Source of the DNA: Octopus bimaculoides
Lineage: Eukaryota
DNA: 64,000 nt
Assembly (NCBI RefSeq): GCF_001194135.2
Contig: NC_068990.1
Location: forward strand, 47,822,716-47,886,715
Reading direction: 5' to 3'
The notes below the pieces were generated by a model that was not told the DNA's origin, did not search any database, and worked only from the letters and a program-made list of their open reading frames with translations. Of this stretch, positions 39,401 through 49,928 are shown one piece after another (positions within the stretch are counted from its first letter, which is position 1; the number at the start of each line of letters is the position of its first letter). Both the position numbers and the translations under genes were made by a program.

Positions 39401-42400
39401 CTATGATGAGCAAGAGGGAGCTGAGGACTGATCCTTGGGGAACCCCTACTTGTATCCTGAATTCATTGCTATACTCATTGCCAACCTTCACCTTACTGAT
39501 AGCATCCCTGTACAGGGCTTGTACAGCTTTCACCAATCACTCGTCTATCCCTAGTTTTCACATTGACCACCAGATAAGGGACCAGGGACCCTGTCAAAGG
39601 CTTTCCCCAAATCAACAAAAGCCAAGGACAGAGGTTTATCTTTAGCTATGTATTTCTCCTGCAGCTGCCTCGGCATTACCTTTATCTTTGTAGCAGTTGA
39701 CTATGGTGTTGCTACACCAGTCATTGAGTATGACCCTTTCGTGAACCACCTGATTTACACTACAGGTGATTAGACCATAACCAACACCATCAGATATTTT
39801 AAGCATCTCAGCAGAGATTCCTGGTGGGGTCGGGGGATTTTCCTGTCTTCATATCCTTAATTGCTCTATCTACCATGGAACTGTCAATTCAGGTAGCTGG
39901 TCCCTCAGTTGGGTCAACATTTGGCAGACTCTCCTCCCACTCATTCTCAACGTTCAGCAGTCTTTCATAACGGCATTTCCAAACCTCTTTCTTTGCAAAA
40001 TCATTACACGCAAGTCCACCATCATCCATATGTACACATTTCTCTCCTCTGACATCATGGTTTTCTCTCACACTGTCCTTTGGTCCTCACATCATTGAAC
40101 ATAGGCAAACTTCTTTCCTGCTTCTCTCTTGGCTAGATATACCTGCATCCCTTCTGGCAGTCTGATACAGAACCCTGCTACCCTTGTTCTTCCAGGTCTT
40201 CCAGGCCTGTTTCTTAGCTCTAATGGCCCTGTATACCACATTGTTCCACCACCATGTTACCCTAGGTCTGGATGGGACTTTGCACCAGCCACAGATTTGG
40301 TCTGTGGCACTCAGCCAGCTGTCCCTCAGAAATTCCCAGTTACCTTCTATGTCACAAGTCTGTAGTTCCTCCTTCCTTTCCACGAATTTCTCAGTTATGA
40401 TGTCCCTAAATCTCTGACCATATGAACGGTCCTTAAACTTCCAAATCCTTCTTTTCCAGATTTGTTTATTTCTTGGCACCCTTCTGCCCTGGAGTATAAA
40501 GTCACTAATGACTAGTCTGTGCTGGGAGGTACATTCCTCACCAGGGAGGGTCTTTGTATTTAGGAGCAACCATGCATTACTTTGTTTGGTGAGAATGTAA
40601 TCTATCTGGCTAGCACAGACACCTGATTAGTAGGTTATCAGGTGGCTGGCTGGCTTCCTGAAGTTCATGTTACAGATCAAAACGTTATTTGTATCACAGA
40701 ACTCCAGTAACCTTGTTCCCTCTTTGTTTTGGGAGCCAAATCCATGGCCCCTATGCACACCATAGAAGATACCAGGCTGCCATCTGACATGCCCATTCAA
40801 ATCCCCAGCCACGAAGAGGAGATCATTGTCACTCGTTTTTGAGGTAGCCTGCAAAAGAATGTCATAAAAGTGGTCCTTCTATTCATTTGGTAGGCCTGCT
40901 TGAGGGGCATAGGCAAAGATAATTGTCACTATGCTGTTCTGTAAGACTAACCAAAGCTTAAGCACTCTATCACCCATTCTGGCTACCCTATGACCTTATC
41001 CACCCATTCCTCTGCAAGTAGTATTCCCATGCCACCTACCCCATCACTGTTACCTTCCCAGAAGATTTTTATATCTATGTCTTGCCTGTGAGGAACCTGG
41101 CTAAAGCTCCTCTTCACCTTACCTCTTGGATGCAACATACATTAATACACCTCCGTTCAAGCATCTCAACAATCTTGCTAGACCTACCTTTCAATGTGTG
41201 TACCTACATTGATAGTGCCAAGTCTGAAAACTGGGAAAGGGATGTGGTAGGGAACATGAGAAGGAGTGATATTATTCAGCATCTGAAGAAAAGGATTCCA
41301 TATTTGTTTTAAAATGTGGAAGGCCAGTTTATAGGATTATCTTAGGTTTCCCATCCATAAAGGGTCTAACTTTATGGTGTATCATCAGATCCCAAAACCT
41401 GTTGGCCCAATGCCTCTTAAGAATATGGAGGAGGGAATGCCTTACTACTCAAAGGTAACAACGATGTTTATCTCCCTTGGCTATTGGTTATTAGCTATTG
41501 ACTTCTGACTGTGCCGCCATCTTGTGGGCTCCATAAGGCTAGCAGGAATCTCCTAAAATGTAAACATGGCTCAAAAATCTCTGTTCTAGAGTTAAGGATG
41601 TTCCCTGGTTCATGGGAGTCCTTTAGGATTCTCACCCATTCTGCTATGCATAATTTGCATCGTTTTGTCCTGTTGATGTAGGGGCCTGGGTTCCGGAGGA
41701 TTTTCCATGAGATCGAGTATGGAATTCCATCCTCTCTCAGTTGCCATACATGGTTGGCTAATGACGTTACATTATCTCCTTTTCAGAACTCTGAAGGAGG
41801 ATCTGTGGTTGGAGAGATGCTACTTGAATGAGTTTCCGGAACATCTGATGTATCTCTGTGGGTGGGTGTTGTTGGCACTGTGTCTGTATCTACTGGTGTT
41901 GCTGTTGTTATCGTTGTTGTTGGAGCTGGGATTACTGGAGCTGGTAGTGACGGCAGCAGTGATGGTATCGCCACTGCTGGTGATAGTGAAGGTGCTGTTG
42001 TTATTGTGACCCTCGTCATTGGTTGGAGAGTTGTCATTGCTTCTAGAGATGTCATTAGTGATGGCTCTGCTGGTGTTTCTGCTAGGGCTACTGTCGCTGA
42101 TGCTGCTGTTACCATTATTGCTATTATTGCCCTTATTGCTGGCAGTGGCACCAGCAGTGGACCTGTTGCTGCTGCTATAAGGACTGTCATGTCTGCTACT
42201 ATGGACGTTAGAGAAGCTGTTGATAATGCTGCTGCTGATGGCGATGTTGCTGTTGTTGCTGCTTTCGATGCCATCAGGAGAACTACTAATGCTGTTATTG
42301 TTGTTGTTGTTAATGTTGTTAAATGTGGTAATGGTGGTAGCATTGCTGGTCCTGTTTCTGTATCTATGGCTGCTACTGCCAGGATTTGCTAGTACTTCGG

Positions 42401-45400
42401 TTTCATAGATGACCCCTTTGATTTCACAGTGGCTTCCCACTGGGCATATGTTGTGGTCCCTTCATGAACATCCTGCCTCTACCCACGGCCTAGGGGCGCT
42501 AACTAAAATGCTCTTAATATTGGAGACACAGCTAAAAGAGACTCTAACATTGTATCTGTTGAAAATGGGCCCATACCTATGGGAGCTAGTGAAATGTTTA
42601 TCTATCAATTTAAGGAATATTCTACCTATGGGCGTTTTTGTGTTAACAGAGGGGTGGGGAGCAAACAAAAGATATTTCTATGGCATTTCCTTCTGTGGTT
42701 GTTGGTATGTAGGAGATGCGGTCCCTAAATCTGCTGGCAGCTAGGGCCTGTTATAGTAAGGAGCCACTGCATTGAAAATCTGTTGGTTGGAGGAAATGTT
42801 TGTGACCCTCTTGCTAACACCCTTCACCAGGCTTTTGAACATGATGAGAGGGTGACAGGAGACTGTGTTGATGTACGTTAGCCTCTCGTTTGGTTTGCGG
42901 CAGGGCCTGTATGTACTGGAGCCCAAGTCGAGCGTAACGTCTAAGAAGTCTGTGGTTGTGAGGTTGGTCTCTATGGTGATTTTCAATCCCATGGAGGCAA
43001 GTGTGCTGATTAGATCTTTTCTAAGCCTATCAAGTGTATTCCCACTTGCTCTCCTAGAGATGGCCAGAGCATCATCTTTGTAGAGACCAAAGAGGACAGG
43101 AGAACTTTTTCTTAAGTGTATTGAGGATATACAACCTGATGAGGTTGCATACGTCAGTGCTGTCGATGGCCCCCATCACTACGTCAAAGGAGCTCATGGG
43201 GTTGGATTGCTTGACCCATGCCAAACCTTTGTTGAACAGCACTGTTTTTCTGGCATGCATAATGACATCTATATCTATGTCGTTAATGTTAGTGAAGCTC
43301 CTAGTGAAAGAAAGTGCCTTGGCCAGTAGTCCTCTTGATATAGACAGGTAAAAGTCGACTATATCAAACTGGGTGAACCTTGCTCTGCCTCTTCCCTTGT
43401 TGGTGTTAAACCATGCAGTCACTTCATTGGTGTTGTGCCACAGGGAAAGGTTGGTGGCCCTCCTTATGTCATTATTTATATTTCTCAATATGGGCTTGCT
43501 TGCCAGACTGATCTCAAATTTGGCCAGATTGATCAGGCAGCACTTAGGCTTTGAGGCAAAACTCAGTTTATGATCTTTTATGGGAATGAAGGCGTTTCTT
43601 TTAGCTAGAATCTCTACCCTATCCACTATCTCTAGTTCGTTAGCTTACTTTGTGGCTTCACTGTTCATGTCATTATATGTATGTGGGGAAGCAGACCTAT
43701 AATTTTGTGTGACATTGTTTTCTAGTAGTCTATCATATTTTAGGGTGTCTATCCGATTTCAGTTTCCATCTTATCAGAGAAGATTAGGGACCTATCTGAG
43801 TTTTTTTAGCAATCTAATGTCGGCCTGGAGCTTGTGCTGGAAGGATCAAGAGGACTTATGGAATTTCAGCTTGGGAATAATGCCCAGCAGGTCTGCCTCG
43901 AAGGGTTCGAGGTCCTTGATTTTGGGTGGGCATTTCCCTCGATTTGATTCCATAGTTGTTGCTCTCCAGGGATGGCGTGGCTAGGTCATGGTAGAATGCT
44001 TTCCACCTCATGCACCTAATTATGTCCATTATCTTTTCCAGCAGCATTCGAGTTTACAGCAAACTTCTCTGAGACAGGCGATTTTGAGAAGAAAAATCCC
44101 AGGTCGATCTCGAATGTCTCATTGTGCAGAGAGCTGCCAAAGTGTGGGGAACACTATGGGACAAAGTCTCTTGATGTTGATGTGTTGATTGGCTCTACAG
44201 TTGAATATTTCACAAACCAGAGTCAGAAAGATTTTAAAACAAGACCTATACTTGTATCCATATAAGCTGCAGCTAGTGCAGCAATTGCTTCCACCAGATA
44301 AGATGCAAAGAAAAACTATTAGTGATTGATTTGTCAATATGTGCAGAGAGGAAGAGGATTTTATCCATCACTTGATCACATCATATAAGGTTCATTTTAA
44401 CCTTTCTGGTTATGTTAATAACCAAAATTGTAGGCTTTGGGGTTGTGGAAGTCTTCAAATAGTGCATGAAAGGCCTTTGCACAGTAAGAGGGTTAGTGTG
44501 GTATGCAGTGACTTATGCATGTGTGATTGGTCCTTACTTTTTTGAGGATGAACATGGTGCAGCTGTAACAGTAACTGCTGTGCATTATGACCATATGCTG
44601 AAGACATTCTTCTTTCCAGAGTTACAAAGGCTTGCCCTGACAGATGTGGGGACAGCAAGATGGTGCCATTAGTCACTAGTCAATGACAACTCCTCGAGGA
44701 TAATTCCCTGGACATCTCATTTCAAGATTTGGTGATATCCATGGCAATCCAGATCACCAGATCTAACCCCATTGGACTACTTTTTGTGGGGTTATCTCAA
44801 GGATAAGGTATCTGCAAAAAGGCCTCACACAATAGTGGAACTAAAACAAAGCATCCGTAGAGAGATTGCAGCCATTCCAATTAATATGCTAAGCTGCAGT
44901 GTGCTTGATAAGAGAAAGCAAGCTTGTGAATGTTCTCTTCGTGGTGGTGAACATCACTAGGATGTAATATTCAAATCTTAGATAATATGCTGAACTCCTG
45001 TATATCAGTTATGTAATAAATATATTTGGTACTCTATGATACTAACATTTAAAATGTGTCCTATCATTACAGCTCACCCTGTATATATATATGAGGGGGT
45101 GTTCATTAAAGGTTTCCCTGGACCCACTTCCCAAATACTGGGATAAATGAAACTTGGCATAATTATTAGTCCTTGTCTACATGGCCACCACCGATGGTGA
45201 CACATTTCTCTCATTGCTTTATGCAGCTGTGAAGACCTCATCTGTAGAAATCAGTAGGTTGCGTCTGGAGCCAAGAATTAAGTGCATCATCATCCACGAA
45301 GTGCTTCCCCTTTAGAAAAGACTTCATGGTTGGAAAGAGACGAAAACCAGATGGTGTGAGGTCAGAAGAGTTACGGGGGTGAGGAAGGATTTCATAGCCG

Positions 45401-46723
45401 CAGGAGTGTGCTTTCATCTGGGCAACATGCGCATTGTGAACTGGGGCATTGTTTTGGAGGAGGTGGACACCTTTGGTCAGCATGCTACACCTCTCTGCTT
45501 TGATTGTGTCTCGCAGTTTCTGCACCAGAGAAGCATAATATGCCCCATTAATTTTAGTGCCCCTTGCTAGAAAATCCATCATCACTACTCTGCACTGGTG
45601 CCAAAAGACTGAGCATCTCCTTGCCTGCTGAGGGTTGGACATGAGCCTTCTTTGGAGGTGATGAGCTATCATGCTTCTATTGCTTTGACTGGACTTTAGT
45701 CTCAGGGCCATAGTGATGGACCCATGTTTCATCTTGTGTGATAAGTCTGCAAAAAAGTCCTCCTCATTTTTCTGGCACATTGCCAAAAGTCTGGGAGCAA
45801 TTGACTTGTTCCTGCTTCTGAAAAGGTATGAACATCCAAGGAATCCATCGTGCAGACAACTTCTGCATGTGCAAATGGTCATGAATGAGTTTTTTTTCAT
45901 GGACCCTACACTTCTTGGGCTAGTTGCTGAATAGTTATGTGGCGATCCTCCGAAACAATGATTTCCATTGGTGTTGTCATCAATGGATGGTGTCATCATC
46001 AACGGCAGAATGTGGTTATCCAGGAATAGTTACAGTTTCCACTGATGTCGGACCACATTTGAACTGGTGGTGCCAGTGCTTGACTATATCATATGATGGT
46101 GCATCGTCGCCATAAACTTCTTTCATCTCATCAGAAGTCTCTTTTGGTGTATGACCTTTCAAGTATAAGAACCTGATCACTGATCTGCATTCAACTGCCT
46201 CCATTATAACACCTTAGTCCACTTCAGCAGCTGCAAAAGACAAATGAATACTAGTGGAAAGCTGCAATTTACAATATGACATGTAGAGACATGTATGATT
46301 AAACCTGTACAAGTTCCATTTCCTGCAAAAACCAGAAGTGGGTCAGGGAAAATCTTTAATGAACACCCCTCGTGTGTGTGTGTGTGTGCACACACGTGTG
46401 TGTGCATGCGTGTGTGTATGTGTGTGTATGCACACATTATATAACTGTCATCATTTAGTGTTCCAATGAGGGTTAGTGTCTATAGCTTTTAATAAGAGGT
46501 AAAAATAGCTCATTACTAGGCTGTGTATATAATAACAGTTCCTCTTCAGAAAGTACAGATGGTGGTCTGAGTTTGGAGGGGAAAACTTGCAGTAAGGGAA
46601 TATCAGGGGCTTGTAGTTATGGTGGCAAAATGTATAGTATAAGTTCCAAGGGGCAATATGTAGCATTTATAATGAGAAGAACAAAGATAGATGAAATAAA
46701 TTAGTAGTAGTAGTAGTAGTAGT

Positions 46724-46756
<33 letters not shown>

Positions 46757-48050
46757 TGGTATGTAGTTATCAAGTTGAAAACAGCAGATACACTTGTTAT
46801 GACTTAACTTTATATGTTTGAGTTAGCTAAAACTTTATGTTGTGTCTAAACTATCAACAAATAATTTATGGAAATAATGATAAAACACAATACTTGCTAC
46901 ATGTTTTTCAATGACAATTATTGTTATTTTCTTTTACAGATGAATCTTGTGTGTGGAAAAGCTGACAAAATCCCCTTTATAAATATGATTTTTATGGCTG
47001 GAATGTTTACTGCATCTTTTATTTTTGGATTGCTTTCTGATTGGTATGTGTGTGAAAATTAATTTATAATTCAAGATGTGATAATTTAGTTGAACACAAA
47101 TGCTAGATTATCCATACAAAAACTTGAAGTCAACAAAAAACTACCTGTCAATCCGAAACTCCTTCCAGCAAAATGTCTAAGTGAATGCAGGCATATGTTT
47201 TATCAAGGTCCATAATGCAAACATACGTCTCTTGACATTATGTTCACAAAGAATAGTGTGAATATTTAGTCAGGTGTGATGCATGCTGGATGAAAGCTAC
47301 ATTGTTTTTCAATTAGCTTGAGCTCAGCAATGTCCCAAATATAAACTTTACTTGTGAGGCTTAACAAAGAGATTTCTCTATACTTAGAGGACTCCATATT
47401 GTATCTCATGTCTCCCTTTTTAAAAATTTGAATTACCACACTATTTTCTTGCCTTTCTTAACTGATATAATATAAGAAAATAGCTTGTAGGAAGGAAAAG
47501 AATATCAGGTAGAAAATTGAGCTTAGAAGAAGTTTAACTGTAACATGCTTTCATTAATTGTTTTAGGTGCTTATATAATCATGGTGAACAGCTTTTGAAT
47601 TTTCCTACCCTTTATCCAGCTGAACATTGACGATGTGATGGCTGGAATGAGAGAAGGGTGCACTAGCAGTCAGCTGGTACTCAGTTACACCTTAGTAGAC
47701 TGGAGGAATGAGAAATGATGGGTTTTTCTTAAAGACATAATGCAGCACTCAATCCAGTGACTGAACTTACAATCTTATGATCCTGAGTCCCAAAATCTAA
47801 CCACACCACTAGATCACACACTTTCACAAATAGAAAATAGATATCTTATGAAAGGTTTCATTTATTATGTTTGATTTGCTTTTCATTTATTCTAGGAAAG
47901 GCCGTAAACTAACAGAGTGTATAGTTCTGGTTATTCAGATTTTAAGTTTATTTCCACTCTACTTTGTCAAAACCAGTGAAATCCTTATTGTCCTGCGATT
48001 CTTTGGAGGAATGTCTTCAGTTGGTATTTTTGCAACAGCTTTTGTACTTG
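22608..48050 (+). CDS. SLC22-family (organic cation/anion transporter, MFS) gene, 5' part: four coding exons, continuing beyond the window
   Basis: Exons of 143+175+104+155 bp splice in frame at GT..AG sites: MDYEATITNIGHFGNYQK..YVPEFSC..CKSWVYDKSDFTATAATDMNLVC..GLLSDWKGRK..LRFFGGMSSVG. The 104- and 155-bp exons match the conserved SLC22 exon sizes and phases as I recall them. I cannot name the subfamily member. Confidence 0.93.
22769..22817. repeat. (CA)n microsatellite just downstream of the exon 1 donor
   Basis: Read directly from the sequence. Confidence 0.95.
23015..23440 (+). mobile_element. tRNA-derived SINE with (CT)n/(GT)n microsatellite tail
   Basis: ggttaagaaacc...tcaggttcagtcccact...gccttgtgagtaaatttgatagatgggaactg; same family as 20285-20470. 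Confidence 0.65.
23720..24890 (+). mobile_element. RTE-clade LINE 3' fragment with (TGA)n tail
   Basis: GLKVNVAETK, EVVDSVHYLGD, RIRIAWAKFRKLLPLL..KGRL; 3' end ccagcatggaaaatgaatgttaaatgatgatg. Interrupted by (AT)n. Confidence 0.85.
24971..26150 (+). mobile_element. RTE-clade LINE, RT C-terminal half
   Basis: VGFHQGSVLSPLLF, ELLYANDLVL, a Cys-rich insert, and C-terminal LHYFGHVMHM..GRGRLKKAW. Confidence 0.9.
26850..27001 (-). mobile_element. OK-like SINE fragment
   Basis: aaagaatgaaaggcaaagttgacctt...atttgaactcagg matches 13930-14045. Confidence 0.7.
27483..27660 (+). mobile_element. tRNA-head SINE with CORE-like central segment
   Basis: atggcctagtgattaag...ttcaattcctagac...ttcttgagcagaatacttcatctca...aaatgagtaaccctgtgatagactga. 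Confidence 0.5.
27730..27990 (-). repeat. Interspersed repeat fragment (probable LINE 3' UTR or SINE)
   Basis: agacccccttcagtcacaaatgaccatagggttgcac.. recalled as an abundant octopus repeat; not classified. Confidence 0.35.
28512..28700 (+). mobile_element. Non-autonomous Helitron/Helentron-like (DINE-1/HINE-type) element
   Basis: tacctctgccaag..ggaggttatgttttc, a (GTCC/GTCT)n microsatellite, then aataactcaaaaagtt...tgatgaaac...ttttggtagtgatcc is the usual layout of this class. Confidence 0.5.
28900..29420 (+). mobile_element. CR1/L2-like LINE 3' fragment
   Basis: YWDQLKKLRL..FYIICMMWKI and FKQSLDDYLQQIPDKPPTPRY..NN.LLEW. Confidence 0.7.
30380..33760 (-). mobile_element. RTE-clade LINE, near full length, decayed (APE plus RT)
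   Basis: STFNSRTL..DILSIQEH and IAGDFNGQIG (APE); PVPKKGD..NYRGITL, NQNGFRRGESTT, FCKAFDSI, QGDTLTPFL, FADNLAL (RT). A different family from the 23.7-26.1 kb RTE. Confidence 0.9.
33990..34860 (+). mobile_element. Ty3/Gypsy integrase fragment
   Basis: RLHIDY..FKGSYYLVLVDSFTK and FTRYGILDTIVSDNETQFTS..VERFVDTFKRA (rve core), followed by a degenerate C-terminus. Confidence 0.85.
34913..35124 (+). mobile_element. Putative 3' LTR of the Gypsy element
   Basis: Starts TGTTGTGG directly after a purine-rich tract (34871-34912) and ends CCAATACA. The partner LTR is not visible. Confidence 0.55.
35300..36560 (-). mobile_element. Decayed hAT-like transposase fragment
   Basis: LQKLFLVLSTLPPTSFKAERAF and TKLQSNLNDISI resemble the hATC dimerization domain; an upstream W(S/N)-type motif lies near 36120. 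Confidence 0.6.
36937..37111 (+). CDS. SLC22-like coding exon 2 (large extracellular loop)
   Basis: ttacag|T TGT..CVSNHTYGNITYNSTKDECYLYPNNGTGFNTTDRTEETIACKSWVYDKSDFTATAATD|gtaact. Not reported by the ORF track. Confidence 0.9.
37918..41280 (-). mobile_element. RTE-clade LINE (same family as 23.7-26.1 kb), long copy with an internal deletion in RT
   Basis: APE start TLNVGTLKGRSS..IQEVRW (~41090-41160), VAGDLNGHV, LAFVDLGKAFDRVP, QGSVLSSLL; 3' tail ending ccagcatcgaaaacgggcattaaatgatg. Confidence 0.9.
38231..38383. repeat. About 42-bp tandem repeat, ~3.7 copies, in the RTE 3' UTR
   Basis: Unit ccttcatgaggcccaa(t/c)(g/a)ctcgaaaggaa(c/t)tcagccac; no unique spacers. Confidence 0.85.
41290..44050 (-). 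mobile_element. Penelope-like element (RT plus GIY-YIG), near full length, frameshifted
   Basis: IIRCMRWKAFY..YGIKS, IKDHK..KPKC.LIN, FDIVDFY.SI, YKDDALA, DFLDVTLDL..TYRP.RKPN, IGRIFLKLIDKHF, GVIY...YIR, ISWKIL, RCKLCIAE, ILNSRTE. Confidence 0.92.
41322..41408 (-). ncRNA. Type I hammerhead-ribozyme-like motif (degenerate) in the PLE 3' region
   Basis: Minus strand: ggcc..gggat-CTGATGA-t-aca-CCATAAAG/CTTTATGG hairpin-atgg-GAAA-cctaaga-TA-atcct..ggcc. Stem I can pair; the base of stem II and stem III are imperfect. Confidence 0.55.
44050..45083 (+). mobile_element. Tc1/mariner-superfamily transposon (Tc3/DUF4817-like), 5'-truncated
   Basis: PYKLQLVQQL, HFNLSGYVNNQNCR, IGPYFFE, QQDGA, SRSPDLTPLDYFLWGYLK; right terminus ..gctcaccctgTA (reverse complement TAcagggtg). 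Confidence 0.85.
45092..46372 (-). mobile_element. Mariner (DD34D, SETMAR-like) transposon, full length 1281 bp with terminal inverted repeats, decayed ORF
   Basis: TIRs tgagggggtgttcattaaaggtttccctggacccacttc (45092-) and gaagtgggtcagggaaaatctttaatgaacacccctcg (-46372). HTH RSVIRFLYLKG..W..QFKCG; LLQNNAPVH; HPRNSSDLTPSGF. Confidence 0.92.
46940..47043 (+). CDS. SLC22-like coding exon 3 (104 bp; xDLVC motif and TM2)
   Basis: ttacag|MNLVCGKADKIPFINMIFMAGMFTASFIFGLLSD-TG|gtatgt. Confidence 0.93.
47896..48050 (+). CDS. SLC22-like coding exon 4 (155 bp; GRK loop, TM3-TM4)
   Basis: ttctag|G-KGRKLTECIVLVIQILSLFPLYFVKTSEILIVLRFFGGMSSVGIFATAFVL-G|gtaagt. Confidence 0.93.
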
Positions 48051-48199
48051 GTAAGTCAAAGCATCACAGTTTATCAAAATCATCTATGTCACCATAGTTA
48101 CATGAGATCATACTATTTTCTATAGATTTCATTTAGAAATGATCTAATTAATATAGTGAGTTTTATACATTTTTAATCTATTTTTTTTAGATTTACCTA

Positions 48200-48620
48200 G
48201 AAATTTGCCTAGAGAATATGACAGTTAGGAAGAATATGAGTTGTTGTTGTTGGGGTAATGCAAACTCTTCCTGGTATTGTATTGCATCAGTGTGTTTAGT
48301 TATGGGGTTTGATTGCAGTCTTTTGTTGTATTAGTGTTTATATTGTGTGTTGTGTGTGTAATCCATTGGATATCTGACCTGCTGGTGGTTGTTTATTTTA
48401 TTGGATATTGCTATATAGAGTGTCATGTGTTTGAGGATTGTTTTGTTTGGGTTGTATTATTGAATTAATAGTGGTCTTGTGTTTGCGGATTGTTTCGCTT
48501 GGGTTATATTATTGAATTGATAGTGTCTTGCATAGGATGTGGGCTGTTCCTAGCAGGGCTATTTTTTGGATAGTGTGTAGTGTTGAGGGCCCAGGTATAG
48601 TTTCTGCGTTTTTGTTCATA
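48200..48620 (-). mobile_element. R4/Dong-like LINE 3' end fragment
   Basis: TIQKIALLGTAHILCKTLSIQ* followed by a non-coding tail on the minus strand. Confidence 0.6.
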
Positions 48621-48698
48621 TGATTTTTTTATCATGCTCAGTGCTCCAATTAATACTGGTATTGTTTTCATCTTTATATTCTGACAATTTCTCCATGC

Positions 48699-48883
48699 AA
48701 GGTGGCAAGCTGGGTGAAATGCTTAGCAGTATTTTGTCCTGTTTTTACATTCTGAGTTCAAATTCCGCTGAGGTCAACTTTGCCTTTCATCCTTTCAGGG
48801 TCGATAAATTAAGTACCAGTTGTGTACTGGGGTTGATCTAATCGACTGGCCCCCTCCCCCAGTCTTGTGCCTAGAGTAGAAAA
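48699..48883 (+). mobile_element. OK-like SINE with alternative 3' tail
   Basis: aaggtggcaagctgg..ctgagttcaaattccgctgaggtcaactttgcc..; tail ggccccctccccc..gtgcctagagtagaaaa. Confidence 0.85.
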
Positions 48884-48884
48884 T

Positions 48885-49080
48885 AATTTTTCTACTTCTT
48901 TTTGGGAAATATTTTGGTCAGAAGAGACTGCAATGTCTATCAGTAAGCAGATGTTTTTTTTCAAATCATTGATTATTACATCTGGGCGATTAGCTTTTAT
49001 TTCTTTGTCAGTTTGAAGAGGCATATCCCAGATGATTGTGGCCTGGTCATTGTCATGTACCTTGTTTGGCACATGTTTAT
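48885..49080 (-). mobile_element. R4/Dong-like REL endonuclease fragment
   Basis: IWDMPLQTDKEIKANRPDVII..LIDIAVSSDQNISQKEVEK. Confidence 0.8.
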
Positions 49081-49084
49081 ACCA

Positions 49085-49220
49085 TTTATTGACTGGTTCT
49101 TACTGATATTTCATCAACCCTGAAAGGATGAAAGCTAAAGTTGACCCTAATGACATTTGAACCCAGAACATAAAGACAGATGAAATACTGCTAAGTTTAG
49201 TGTGCTAAGGATTTTGCCTG
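49085..49220 (-). mobile_element. OK-like SINE fragment
   Basis: ccctgaaaggatgaaagctaaagttgaccc..atttgaacccagaac. Confidence 0.65.
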
Positions 49221-49327
49221 CAAAGAAGGCAGACATTCTCTTGAAACATTATTCAATTCAATAAACAAAGACAATCTGTAAAAGAAATAACAACAACAAA
49301 AGTAATAATAATAATATTTAATAATAT

Positions 49328-49358
<31 letters not shown>

Positions 49359-49359
<1 letters not shown>

Positions 49360-49885
49360 CAGTACCAGGCATTAGCTCTCATGGCTTCTGATCTTAACTG
49401 ATTGGAAGTGTTATCATGTACATTGATTTGTCTTGGTATAAAAGATGGGCTACTGCAAATATTCTGCTCAATACCATAGATTTGCTTGTCAGTTGTTTGA
49501 TCTTAACCAGTTGAGCATGTCCCTTAATGGCTGACAATATGTCCATTTCTGATCACGAGCAGAAGTAGTGGGGAAGCATCATAGCCATGTGTTGAGAGGA
49601 ATTCTTTGGGGTTTGGATAATTCACCTTTGGAAACATGGGTGTTTTGTTCAACATCCTTAAACAACCCTTATTCATTGCCCTTTTGAGTGGGATGGGCTA
49701 CTCAACCTGAAGAAAATTCTAACTGGGCCCCACTTGCAAGGTCATGCACTATTTATCTTGCTATGAGATCACTACATCGCATACATATGGTTGTGATGCA
49801 TGTGCCTGGTGTACCCTTATCAGATGGGTAGTCATGATGTGTGTACTGGGCTTCATATATTTGATGGCATGCACTGCTCTCTCAC

Positions 49886-49887
<2 letters not shown>
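49359..49887 (+). repeat. Unclassified ~530-bp interspersed repeat X, between (GAT)n and (AAT)n
   Basis: Reverse-complement copy at 53754-54216; no coding signature. Confidence 0.75.
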
Positions 49888-49923
<36 letters not shown>

Positions 49924-49928
49924 GATAA

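Noticed and set aside
41783-42392. ORFs 41783-42343 (-) and 41862-42392 (+) as separate mucin-like or membrane genes
   Set aside because: Alternative frames of the low-complexity insert inside the Penelope GIY-YIG domain.
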